A DNA stretch of 64,000 nt from Alphaproteobacteria bacterium (GCA_017409215.1 JAFQTD010000029.1:64106-128105), one strand, 5' to 3'. Positions 34,702 through 43,985 are shown, numbered from the stretch's first letter. Made by a program: numbers and translations. The notes: generated from the sequence alone by a model not told the origin.

Positions 34702-37199
34702 AACTTGTCGTGTGTTTTTATGAATGCACGCATATAGCTGGTGTCCAGATTTTGCATTATTTCTGATAATGAATATTTTCTGTTGCCGTTTGGTAATATA
34801 CTTAGTTGTATCGTGGCTGGTTTTGGGGCGGTGCCACGCATCGTCAAATCAAATTCTGCAGTCATTAAACCGTCTGTGATTGCAAGACCACCAACCGCGT
34901 CTGTGTGACGCATTGATAGTTGCAGCGGTGATGTTGTTATAAAGTTCCCGTTGCTGTATTCGCCAATTAAACGCATTTGTTTTAATTGCGTTTGGCCACT
35001 GCTTAATGCGTTGGCAAGGGCGTATTCTGCATTTAGTATGGTGATGTCAGGGGCAGATGCATAGAAATTGTCAAAAGACATTCCGATAATATAGCCTTGA
35101 TTAAATGTTATGTCTGTTGTGCCAGTCATATTGTATAAAATGTCGTGCGCAATTTGACCGCTGGTTGTTAATATGATTTGGCCTGTTAACATTGTGTCAC
35201 GAATGTTTAAGGGCATTTGTGTTGATAACAGATTACCGTTAATGGAAAAACGATTTAACTGAATGAATATGTCATATGTGTTTTTTGCGCGTTCAATCGT
35301 TGCCAACAGATTTCCTTTGTCAGAATCACTTATAGAGAATGTTTGTGATGTTGGCTTTAATGCGTAGATAAAGTTTTTGTATTCGTTGCCTGAATAAATT
35401 AGTTTGTCCGAAGATAAGGATATGTTAAGCGATAGGTCAAATGGAATTAATATTGGGGCGTTGCTAAGAAATTCATTGGATTCAAAATTGGCAAAATATT
35501 CAGGATTAAGTAGTGCATCAAGTGATAAAGCAGATGTGTGTAATGTTATTGTGTTGCCAGACAGGCTGCCTGAAAAGTCTTGGTTGCCAATTTTTATGTT
35601 TAAATTTGATATATTTTTATCTTGGAAAAAACCAGATATTATATAATCTTGGTCGGTCAGGGATTGTAAATCAACGTCTGGAAGCCAGGATTTAAAACTG
35701 TTGCCAGACAAGTAGAAATAATTGTCATAGGTCGACAGTTGCCATGAATTATCATCGGGTGTAAAGGTTAGCATTCCGTTTTGCAATCCGAAATCACCGG
35801 GGGTGTCTTTCATAAAATCAGGCAGAAATGGGATGTTTACTTTTAACCAATTTAAGGTCTTGTTCAGCGCAAAATTGTATGTTGCATCTGTAATTTTTGC
35901 GCCTGATATTTTATAGGTTCCACCAATGTCTGAAAAACGAAAACTGATTGTGCCAGATGTGCCCAGTTGCTGTGCAAGATTGAGTAGATTTTTATCTGTT
36001 GGCATAGGGCGATTAGATTGAACAATAATGTTGTATTGGTCGTCGTTTACACTGATTGCGCCAGATAAATCACCGTATGCAAATTTAGAACACTGCCATT
36101 TGTTAGGTGTGCCTGAAAAAAGACACATTGTTTCAATATCGTTAAATGGCATCATTAGCATTATATTCGATGCACCATCTGCGGTTATTGTGCCACCTGT
36201 AATCGCAATGTTGTCTGCAACTATGTTATTTATTTGTATTGAGTCTTGACTGATTAAGGCATTCACTTTTAGATGATTAAATATGTGGTTGTGTATAGTT
36301 ATTTCGCCATAAAAATCAATGTCTAGATTTATCTTGTTAGATATTTTTTGTGGGTTTAATAAAAACGAAAAATCAAAGTTTATATCATCTGATGATAGTT
36401 TAATGTTTTTATCCCCGTTTGATAGGATTTCAATTTGACCATAAAAATAGTCTGATTCAATGTTGGTGAATTTATAGCCGTTGCCACCATACCATTCAAA
36501 GTTCATTGTTAATGCAATGGGGTATGGGATTTTTGGCTCGGAAAAGTCAAACCATTCGTTTATGTGTGCGGTTTCCAGTGATATTTGACCGCGAACAGAA
36601 CCGTCGGAATACATTTGACCAATTATTTCAAGGTTGTTGTTTTTGTTCTTGATGGTAAAGGTGTCGCCTTGAAATTCAACCTCGTATTTATGATTTTTTG
36701 TGCGAACTGTGCCGTAAAATTTATTGTCTTTAAAAGTTGCGCGTATTATTTTAAATTCGCGACCCTTGAAATTAATTTTACTGTTGTAAATGTTTATGTC
36801 GTGATTAAAGCTTGCAGGACTTAATTTTTCGATGGTTATATCGGCATCATAAATAGATACAGCCCTGTTTAAATTGGCGTTTTGGATGTTAAACAAATCG
36901 CTGAACGGGATAGATAGCATTACAGAACCAATTGTTGCCGTTGGAACAACGACGTCGTGCGCAACAATTGTTGTGCCACCCACTAAACTGAAATGTATAT
37001 TGCCATTTAACTGGGCAGGGACGTTCATTTGGGTGTATATCGCACGTTCTATGAACGGTTTTAGACCGTTTAATGTTATCATTGGCGGTATGATTACAAG
37101 CGCCAAAGCCAGCGCGCCAATCATCGATATGGTGCCCCAAAATATTCTGCGTTTATATCTAGGTTTTAATGCCATTCCCTCTGGTCCTTGTAATTTCAT
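34698..37199 (-). CDS. AsmA-like outer-membrane biogenesis protein
   Basis: N-terminal TM anchor (IFWGTISMIGALALALVIIPPMI) followed by about 800 aa of repetitive beta-rich sequence, as in the AsmA/TamB family. The start could be ATG 37199 or 37175. Confidence 0.55.
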   Translation of the reverse strand: MKLQGPEGMALKPRYKRRIFWGTISMIGALALALVIIPPMITLNGLKPFIERAIYTQMNVPAQLNGNIHFSLVGGTTIVAHDVVVPTATIGSVMLSIPFSDLFNIQNANLNRAVSIYDADITIEKLSPASFNHDINIYNSKINFKGREFKIIRATFKDNKFYGTVRTKNHKYEVEFQGDTFTIKNKNNNLEIIGQMYSDGSVRGQISLETAHINEWFDFSEPKIPYPIALTMNFEWYGGNGYKFTNIESDYFYGQIEILSNGDKNIKLSSDDINFDFSFLLNPQKISNKINLDIDFYGEITIHNHIFNHLKVNALISQDSIQINNIVADNIAITGGTITADGASNIMLMMPFNDIETMCLFSGTPNKWQCSKFAYGDLSGAISVNDDQYNIIVQSNRPMPTDKNLLNLAQQLGTSGTISFRFSDIGGTYKISGAKITDATYNFALNKTLNWLKVNIPFLPDFMKDTPGDFGLQNGMLTFTPDDNSWQLSTYDNYFYLSGNSFKSWLPDVDLQSLTDQDYIISGFFQDKNISNLNIKIGNQDFSGSLSGNTITLHTSALSLDALLNPEYFANFESNEFLSNAPILIPFDLSLNISLSSDKLIYSGNEYKNFIYALKPTSQTFSISDSDKGNLLATIERAKNTYDIFIQLNRFSINGNLLSTQMPLNIRDTMLTGQIILTTSGQIAHDILYNMTGTTDITFNQGYIIGMSFDNFYASAPDITILNAEYALANALSSGQTQLKQMRLIGEYSNGNFITTSPLQLSMRHTDAVGGLAITDGLMTAEFDLTMRGTAPKPATIQLSILPNGNRKYSLSEIMQNLDTSYMRAFIKTHDKF

Positions 37200-37232
37200 T
37201 ATAATAGATTATAATTAATTTGTTAATAAAAA

Positions 37233-39224
37233 ATGACAAAAACTGTTTTTAATCTTGAAAGTGATTACAAGCCGATGGGTGACCAGCCATCGGCAATTGC
37301 TGATTTGGTCGCAGGGGTAAATGATGGACGCAGGTCACAGGTTTTGCTGGGGGTGACGGGGTCTGGTAAGACCTTTACAATGGCAAATGTTATTGCAGAA
37401 TTGGGACGGCCTGCATTGATTATGGCACCTAATAAAATATTGGCAGCACAATTGTATACGGAAATGAAATCGTTCTTTCCAAAAAATCATGTAGAATATT
37501 TTGTGTCTTATTATGATTATTATCAGCCAGAGGCATATATGCCAACAACAGATACTTATATTGATAAGGATGCATCAATTAATGAACAGCTGGACCGTAT
37601 GCGACATAGTGCAACGCGCGCAATGCTGGAAGAGCGCGATGTGGTCGTTGTTTCAAGTGTTTCGTCTATTTATGGTATGGGGTCGCCAGAACAGTATGCA
37701 GGAATGAAATTGGTGTTAAATACAGCAGATATGCTGTCAATGCGTCAGGTTATGCATTCTTTGGTCGATATTCAGTACAAGCGCAATGATACTGTTTTGG
37801 AACGTGGCAGTTTTCGTGTGCGTGGGGATGCTTTGGATTTGTTCCCATCGCATTCGCAAGACAGGGCGTGGAAAATATCTTTCTGGGGCGATGAAATCGA
37901 AGAAATATGGGAATTTGATACTTTGACTGGTGCAAAATTGCAGAAAATGGATAGGGTTGCGATTTATCCAAATACTCATTATGCGACACCAATGCCAAGT
38001 ATATTGCAGGCCATCGGGCAAATTCGTACGGATTTAAAGGATAGGTTGGATTACTTTCACGAAAATATGAAATATATAGAAGAACAGCGTTTGCGAGAGA
38101 GGGTGAATTTTGATATAGAGATGATGGAAAGTACAGGAACATGTCGCGGGATTGAAAATTATTCGCGTTATTTGTCTGGGCGATTGCCGGGACAGCCACC
38201 ACCAACATTGTTTGAATATCTGCCAAAGGATGCAATCTTGTTTGTTGATGAAAGTCACGTCACTGTGCCACAAATTGGCGCAATGAGTCGCGGGGACAGG
38301 GCGCGAAAAGAAACGCTGTCGCATTATGGATTCAGATTGCCTGCGTGTATTGATAACAGACCATTGACATTTGATGAATGGGATGAACTGCGTCCACAGA
38401 CAATATTTGTGTCGGCAACACCTGCGCAATGGGAAATGGAACAGGCAGGCGGAATTGTGGCCGAGCAGGTTATTAGACCAACAGGGTTGCTGGACCCAAT
38501 TTGTGAAATTAGACCAACAGAACATCAGGTTGATGATTTGCTGGGGGCGGTTAAAAATGTTTCGGGTCGTGTGTTGGTGACAACATTGACCAAGAAAATG
38601 GCAGAACAATTGACCGATTACTTGAATGAAAATGGTGTGCGCGCAAAATATCTGCACAGCGATATCGAAACGCTGGAACGTATTGATTTGTTGCGAGAAC
38701 TAAGATTGGGAAAATTTGATGTCTTGGTCGGTATTAATTTGTTGCGTGAAGGGTTGGATGTGCCAGAATGTGAATTGGTTGCGATTATGGATGCAGATAA
38801 AGAAGGTTTTTTGCGGTCTGCGCGTTCGCTGATTCAAACGATTGGACGGGCGGCACGTAATGCAAATGGACGTGTTATTTTGTATGCTGATAAAATAACA
38901 GATTCTATGAAATATGCGCTGGACGAAACTGCACGTAGGCGTAAAAAACAGATGGCTTATAATGAAGCGCATGGTATTGTGCCGAAAACTGTGTCAAAGG
39001 CAATTTTTGCAGAGGTTGGCGAAAAGCAAGAAAAAACTGACAAGGCACGAAAGTTTGTGTATGATAAGTCGGGTGGGGTTATGGATGCAGAATCACTGCG
39101 GCGTGAAATTAAACGGTTGACAAAGTTAATGCGGACACATGCGGAAAATCTGGAATTCGAAGACGCGGCAGCAGTGCGTGATGCAATCCATAAGTTAGAG
39201 GATGATTTATTATTGGTGGAGTAG
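37233..39224 (+). CDS. uvrB: excinuclease ABC subunit B
   Basis: GDQPSAI...GVTGSGKTFTMANVI, helicase motifs, and the C-terminal UVR motif EFEDAAAVRDAI. Confidence 0.95.
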   Translation: MTKTVFNLESDYKPMGDQPSAIADLVAGVNDGRRSQVLLGVTGSGKTFTMANVIAELGRPALIMAPNKILAAQLYTEMKSFFPKNHVEYFVSYYDYYQPEAYMPTTDTYIDKDASINEQLDRMRHSATRAMLEERDVVVVSSVSSIYGMGSPEQYAGMKLVLNTADMLSMRQVMHSLVDIQYKRNDTVLERGSFRVRGDALDLFPSHSQDRAWKISFWGDEIEEIWEFDTLTGAKLQKMDRVAIYPNTHYATPMPSILQAIGQIRTDLKDRLDYFHENMKYIEEQRLRERVNFDIEMMESTGTCRGIENYSRYLSGRLPGQPPPTLFEYLPKDAILFVDESHVTVPQIGAMSRGDRARKETLSHYGFRLPACIDNRPLTFDEWDELRPQTIFVSATPAQWEMEQAGGIVAEQVIRPTGLLDPICEIRPTEHQVDDLLGAVKNVSGRVLVTTLTKKMAEQLTDYLNENGVRAKYLHSDIETLERIDLLRELRLGKFDVLVGINLLREGLDVPECELVAIMDADKEGFLRSARSLIQTIGRAARNANGRVILYADKITDSMKYALDETARRRKKQMAYNEAHGIVPKTVSKAIFAEVGEKQEKTDKARKFVYDKSGGVMDAESLRREIKRLTKLMRTHAENLEFEDAAAVRDAIHKLEDDLLLVE

Positions 39225-39227
39225 AAA

Positions 39228-39626
39228 ATGAATGAAGTTATATTGAGAAATGTTGATGAAATGCGTGCATGGGCGCGCAGGTTCGCGGATTCTTTGACTG
39301 CGCCAACGGTTGTGGCACTGCATGGGGATTTGGGTATGGGAAAATCAGAGATTGCGCGTGCTGTTATTCAGCGGTTGCGCGGTGATGATACAGTTGTGCC
39401 AAGTCCAACGTTTACGATTGTGCAATCCTATGACGGGATTTCGCATTTTGATTTGTATCGTGTCGAAGACGCGTCTGAATTAACAGAAATAGGATTAGAA
39501 TATGCGATGGAAAATGATATCGTTTTGATTGAATGGCCTGATATTGCAAAAGATTTATTGCCTGAAAATACAGTTCATATTTATATTTCTGAATATGATG
39601 GTGGGCGCAAATTAAAAGTACAGTAA
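39228..39626 (+). CDS. tsaE: tRNA t6A biosynthesis ATPase TsaE
   Basis: LHGDLGMGKSEIARAV P-loop, SPTFTIV and HFDLYR motifs. Length is 132 aa. Confidence 0.85.
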   Translation: MNEVILRNVDEMRAWARRFADSLTAPTVVALHGDLGMGKSEIARAVIQRLRGDDTVVPSPTFTIVQSYDGISHFDLYRVEDASELTEIGLEYAMENDIVLIEWPDIAKDLLPENTVHIYISEYDGGRKLKVQ

Positions 39627-39697
39627 AAAGTGCTTTATTTTATGGTCGTATTGTGATACCCTTTTGAATAAGACGATAAATAAGTCAGGAGGGTTTT

Positions 39698-40585
39698 GTG
39701 AAAAAATATTTAATTTGTTTGCTTTCGTGTTTGTTTGTTTTGGATGCTGGTGCAGTGACGGCACGTTCTGGGCGTGCGACGTCTGGTCAGCCGATGACTT
39801 TGGGAATGTCGGGCAGGGCGCGACAGTCCGATTTCAAAACAGGGCCCATTAGATTGCAGGGAAATAAGGCTGTGATTCCAGGTGCACCAACTGCGCCAGA
39901 TACACCGGTTGACCCAACACCTGATGTTGACCCAACACCAGATACACCGGTTAATCCGACGCCTGATGTTGATCCAATGCTGGAAGAAATTGCCAGACAG
40001 CGAAATATTTGTCTGTCGAATAATGTTGGCATCAGTAATACTTTTGTTTGGGCGGACAGAAATTCGGATGTGACGAATTATGCATATATGGTTGAAAATG
40101 TCGAAAATCCTGCAAACAATGTTTGTTTCGTAAAGGTTGATATGCGTTCATCTGATGGACGTGTTGATTTGTCTGATATTAAAAGCAAGTATTTTGTTAT
40201 GGGATCTGGAATTAACTGTGGACAGTGGGCAGATGAAAAAGTGCTGGAAGAACGTATCTTGGATGCAACCAAAAAGGGACGCACATGGGGAACAATCGCA
40301 TCTGTTGTTGGGGGTGCGGGTGCCGGTGTTGGTGCAATGGAATTGTTTGGTAACAAGTTAATTGGTGGCAAGGTTCAGGGACAAAAAGCATTAGAGGGTC
40401 AGGAACTGTTGCGGTCGCAAATATTGGCATTGGAAAAAACAAATAAAGCAGAGTATGACAGAATTGTTAATGCGCTGGATGTGCTGGAAAAAGAGTGTAA
40501 ATCAGATGTTTGGAATGGTGGCAACAGACCCGCTGATTGTAATCTGAATAATCCATTTATTGGGCTAAGGGCGAAATTAAAGTAA
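39698..40585 (+). CDS. secreted Pro-linker / Cys-domain / glycine-zipper protein (paralogue of 10154-10990)
   Basis: The GTG start lies after GGAGGG. It has a signal peptide, a DTPV[DN]PTPDVDP x2 linker, and a conserved domain with NTFVWA, NNVCFVK, CGQWAD and GTIASVVGGAGAGVGAMELFGNKLIGGKV. Confidence 0.6.
   Translation: MKKYLICLLSCLFVLDAGAVTARSGRATSGQPMTLGMSGRARQSDFKTGPIRLQGNKAVIPGAPTAPDTPVDPTPDVDPTPDTPVNPTPDVDPMLEEIARQRNICLSNNVGISNTFVWADRNSDVTNYAYMVENVENPANNVCFVKVDMRSSDGRVDLSDIKSKYFVMGSGINCGQWADEKVLEERILDATKKGRTWGTIASVVGGAGAGVGAMELFGNKLIGGKVQGQKALEGQELLRSQILALEKTNKAEYDRIVNALDVLEKECKSDVWNGGNRPADCNLNNPFIGLRAKLK
39899..39976 (+). repeat. 42-bp tandem duplication encoding the DTPV(D/N)PTPDVDP proline-rich linker
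   Basis: GATACACCGGTTGACCCAACACCTGATGTTGACCCA (39899-39934) and GATACACCGGTTAATCCGACGCCTGATGTTGATCCA (39941-39976). Confidence 0.8.
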
Positions 40586-40613
40586 TTTTTATAATAAATA
40601 AAAAGGGAATGTT

Positions 40614-43355
40614 ATGAGAAAGTATTTTTTTATGATTTTTGCGACTTTTTTTGCGGGAAATCTGTGGGCGGCATGTCAGCCAACAACTAATGTTTTAGAA
40701 AATAGGTCTGAGCCAGATCATGACGAATATTTATATGAGAATACTAGGGAGCGTGAAATAAGACAAAATAAAGGACAAGGCGAGGCTTACTTGTGTGGTT
40801 ATGAAGATAAGGGCGGATGCCCACGTGGTGAAAGATTTGCTTTCCGAAATGCAGCAGTTGGTGCTGATAATTATACGGGATTGACGGTATATACTTGTGC
40901 TGGGGGGGGCGACAATTATTTTTGGGAAGCTGTAACAGTGGAAGAAAAATGTTATTCGGATGAACGTGTTTATAGTGAATCTGTTGGTGGGATGACCTTG
41001 TATAAGCTAGGTAATAATAAATATTGTGAACACGTTGTATATCTTAAAGATCTGATAAGAGCAATTGCAGATGATGCGATAGCTAACAATAATGATACTT
41101 TGTTAGAACAGTTTTGGGAAGAGTTGAATACAAAAATTGAAAATATCTATAGAAGTGATGCTTTTATGAATGCAGTTGTGAATGTTGTGAATGGTATGGA
41201 TAAGCCTTTATCAGAAGATAATTTGAATACAATTATTGGATTGATTACGCAAGGAATTCAGAATTCGGGCTTTGCGGATAAAATTGGTGATATCCAATCG
41301 GATATAGAAGGTATAAAAGACCGTATATCTAATCTAGAAGTTAATGTGACGCAGTTAAAGACTGATTTGAAAAACACCACTGATAGTCTTTTTAAGCTTG
41401 CTGTTAAGTATGACGTAACAGTCACAAAAATACAGGCGGAATTTGATGAGTTTTGGGAACAATTGAATGCCAGGATGACTAAAGAAGAGATAGAGGAATT
41501 TGTTAATGAAAAAATCGCTACATTGGAAGAAATGCTTATGTATCTGATACAAGACCAGGGGCGGGATCTTGATAATTTCAAGAATGAAGTTGCAACGATA
41601 CATGAAGTCTTGCAGATTAAGTTGAATGAACATGGTATTAAAATTGCAGAATTGGATAGCAGAATTGCTGCTTTAGAGGGACGTATGGAAGTGGCCGAAG
41701 ATAATATAGCAAGATTAAGAGAAGGGTTGAATCAGGCTGTGACAAAAATTCATGAGCTTGCTGCAGAGTATGGAGTATCTCTTATAAAAACAGAAGCGGA
41801 ATTTAAAAAGGTTTGGGCTGAGTTAGGTAATAAAATGAACAAGGATGATGTAGAGGAATTGGTAAAAACATACATTATAAATTCAGAGCAGATAATTATG
41901 CAGGAAATTCAAAATACAAATTTTGATCTTGATGAATTTAAGAAGAAAGTTGCAGAGATAGAGACAGATTTGCGGGATGAGTTGGAAAAGCATGGTATTA
42001 AAATTGCAGAATTGGATAGCAGGATAGATGCGTTAGAGAATCGTGTTGGTGCAATAGAAGGTGATGTGACGGATTTAAAAACTGGTTTGAAAAACACCGC
42101 TGATAGTCTTTTTGCGCTTGCTGTTAAGTATGACGCAAAAGTCACAGAAATACAGACGGAATTTGAAAAGGTTTGGGCTGAGTTAGGTAATAAAATGAAC
42201 AAGGATGATGTAGAGAAGTTGGTAAAAACATACATTATAGATTTAGAGCAGAAAATTATGCAGGAAATTCAAAATACAAATGTTGATCTTGATGAATTTA
42301 AGAAGAAAGTTGCAGATATAGAGAAAAAATTGCAGGATAAGTTGGAAGAACATGGTATTAAAATTACTGAATTGGATAAAAGGATAACAGAGTTAGAGAC
42401 TCGTGTTGGTGCAATAGAAGTTAATGTGACGGAGTTAAAAACTGATTTGAAAAACACCACTAATAGTCTTCTTGTGCTTGCTACTAAATATGACGTAAAA
42501 GTCGCAGAAATAGAGGCGGAATTTGAAAATGTTTGGGAACAATTGAAAGCCACGATGACTAAAGAAGAGATAGAGGAATTTGTTAATGAACAAATCGCTG
42601 CATTGGAAGAAAAACTTATGGAGCAGATAAATAAACAGGGGAAGGATCTTGAAAATTTCAAGAATGAAGTGAAAAAAATAGAGAACGATTTGAAAGATCG
42701 ATTAAATAAAATTGATATTAGGTTGGATGGTCTGGAAAGTCGTATTAATGATTTAGAGGTTGCGAAGGAAGATATTATCTCTAAATTAGAAAAATTAGCG
42801 GAGACCGATGAAGAATTGAAGAAGGCGATTGAGGCTTTAAAGGCAGATTTAGCGAATAAGGTCACAATGGAAGAGGTTATTGTGGAAATCACAAATAGAC
42901 TTGAAAATGCGGAATTGAACAATAATCAGAGAAAACAAGTGATTGAGTTGATTGAAACATATACTGTCCAATTATCAGATGGGCAACGGCAACAGGTTGA
43001 AATAATGATACAACAAAAAATTGGTAAAAAGTTTGATGAATTAGATGCGACAAATAAATTGCAGGATGAACAAAGGAAGTCACAAGACAGGGTTAATTCT
43101 GCGATGTCTGTTTTGAATGCGTTCGCAGCGGGTCAGGATGCGTCTGTCTGGCGTAATGCAGACGGTAAGTTTAACACAGCGCGTTTGGCATCTGATGCGA
43201 CTGCTGGTGTCATTCTGGGTACCGCCGGTGGTTTGATTTCAAACAAGGTAATTAAGAAAAATCAAATCAAAAAGGGATTTGAGGGTATCGGATGTTATGT
43301 CGGTGGCCAGGTGGTGGCTGATTATGGGGATGAATTTACAGTCGGTATGATGTAA
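40614..43355 (+). CDS. 913-aa secreted coiled-coil repeat protein with an N-terminal Cys domain and a C-terminal glycine-zipper/Cys tail
   Basis: Signal peptide MRKYFFMIFATFFAGNLWA. About 170 aa of Cys-containing head, then four 120-aa heptad-rich repeats. The tail is AGVILGTAGGLISNKV...GIGCYVGGQVVADYGDEFTVGMM. Confidence 0.65.
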   Translation: MRKYFFMIFATFFAGNLWAACQPTTNVLENRSEPDHDEYLYENTREREIRQNKGQGEAYLCGYEDKGGCPRGERFAFRNAAVGADNYTGLTVYTCAGGGDNYFWEAVTVEEKCYSDERVYSESVGGMTLYKLGNNKYCEHVVYLKDLIRAIADDAIANNNDTLLEQFWEELNTKIENIYRSDAFMNAVVNVVNGMDKPLSEDNLNTIIGLITQGIQNSGFADKIGDIQSDIEGIKDRISNLEVNVTQLKTDLKNTTDSLFKLAVKYDVTVTKIQAEFDEFWEQLNARMTKEEIEEFVNEKIATLEEMLMYLIQDQGRDLDNFKNEVATIHEVLQIKLNEHGIKIAELDSRIAALEGRMEVAEDNIARLREGLNQAVTKIHELAAEYGVSLIKTEAEFKKVWAELGNKMNKDDVEELVKTYIINSEQIIMQEIQNTNFDLDEFKKKVAEIETDLRDELEKHGIKIAELDSRIDALENRVGAIEGDVTDLKTGLKNTADSLFALAVKYDAKVTEIQTEFEKVWAELGNKMNKDDVEKLVKTYIIDLEQKIMQEIQNTNVDLDEFKKKVADIEKKLQDKLEEHGIKITELDKRITELETRVGAIEVNVTELKTDLKNTTNSLLVLATKYDVKVAEIEAEFENVWEQLKATMTKEEIEEFVNEQIAALEEKLMEQINKQGKDLENFKNEVKKIENDLKDRLNKIDIRLDGLESRINDLEVAKEDIISKLEKLAETDEELKKAIEALKADLANKVTMEEVIVEITNRLENAELNNNQRKQVIELIETYTVQLSDGQRQQVEIMIQQKIGKKFDELDATNKLQDEQRKSQDRVNSAMSVLNAFAAGQDASVWRNADGKFNTARLASDATAGVILGTAGGLISNKVIKKNQIKKGFEGIGCYVGGQVVADYGDEFTVGMM
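41271..42800 (+). repeat. four 360-bp in-frame tandem repeats plus a partial fifth, inside the coiled-coil gene
   Basis: CATGGTATTAAAATT recurs at 41631, 41991 and 42351, an exact 360-nt period. Units 2 and 3 are near-identical in their second halves. Units 1 and 4 resemble each other. Confidence 0.85.
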
Positions 43356-43568
43356 AATTAAATATAATGGTCTATCTAAAGCGAATGGGGGTGGCTTATG
43401 TAGCGTTTGTACACTACGCCACCCCCATTGGTTTTATCTAAATCATTATAATTAATTTTCAAAATTAACCATAATAATTCATCTAAAACCAATCCCGCCA
43501 ACTTATGTAACTTCTGTACACTGCGTTGTCGGGATTGATTTTATCTAAATCATCATAATTAATTTTAC
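43356..43568 (+). repeat. two tandem DR-hairpin-DR elements
   Basis: Copy 1 has stem AATGGGGGTGGC/GCCACCCCCATT. Copy 2 has stem CAATCCCGCCAAC/GTTGTCGGGATTG. Both have loop TTATGTA(G/A)C(G/T)T(T/C)TGTACAC and TATCTAAA flanks. Confidence 0.8.
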
Positions 43569-43980
43569 CGCCTTGCAAGGGGGGGAAGAAGTGTTGGGTG
43601 TTTAATATGTCCCTGCGGGGCAATGGATACCCGCCTGCGCGGGAATGACGAATAGAGGGGGCAGGTGATGGTTGGGTGTGGTTGGTTTTGTTTTCTTTGT
43701 TTTAACAATTTTTTGTAAAAAAAATTGTCATTCCATGGCTTGACCATGGAACCTAGGTTATGTATTCCTTATTATCGGCACTACCTGGGTCCTGTGGTCA
43801 AGCCACAGGATGACAAAGAGTTAAAAATTTGCAATTTTTGCGGGGCGCGATGCGGGTAGGACGATGAACGAGGGCGGGGCCTGATACGGGAATGACGAAG
43901 AGGCGGGTGTGGAGGCCCGATACGGGTATGACGAGAGTGTGAGTAGGGGCCTGATACGCGGGAATGACGAAGAGAGGGGT
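43569..43980 (+). repeat. REP-like composite array
   Basis: It contains ACCGCCTTGCAAGGGGG, a GTCCCTGCGGGG...GGGAATGACGA unit (43608-43650), an inverted pair of GTCATxCxxxGGCTTGACCxxxGxA hairpins (43727-43814), an AAAAATTTGCAATTTTTG palindrome, and three GGGGCCxGATACGGGxATGACGA units (43877-43975). Confidence 0.8.
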
Positions 43981-43985
43981 GTATT

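Noticed and set aside
37750-38657. Minus-strand ORFs of 161 aa and 207 aa overlapping uvrB.
   Set aside because: They are shadow ORFs antisense to uvrB, with Cys/His/Gln-rich translations and no motifs.
41258-42922. Three minus-strand ORFs (41258-41581, 41909-42235 and 42269-42922) inside the coiled-coil gene.
   Set aside because: They are the antisense of the 360-bp repeats. Their Ser/Phe/Asn/Ile-rich translations are themselves repeated, which shows they are a by-product of the sense-strand periodicity.
43877-43975. CRISPR-like regular spacing of GGGGCCxGATACGGGxATGACGA units, with a period of about 35 nt. Similar runs occur at 13936-14098 and 63568-63625.
   Set aside because: The repeats are about 22-26 nt and degenerate, the spacers are only about 10-13 nt, there are only 2-3 units per locus, and no cas genes or leader are present. 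They are modules of the REP-like arrays.
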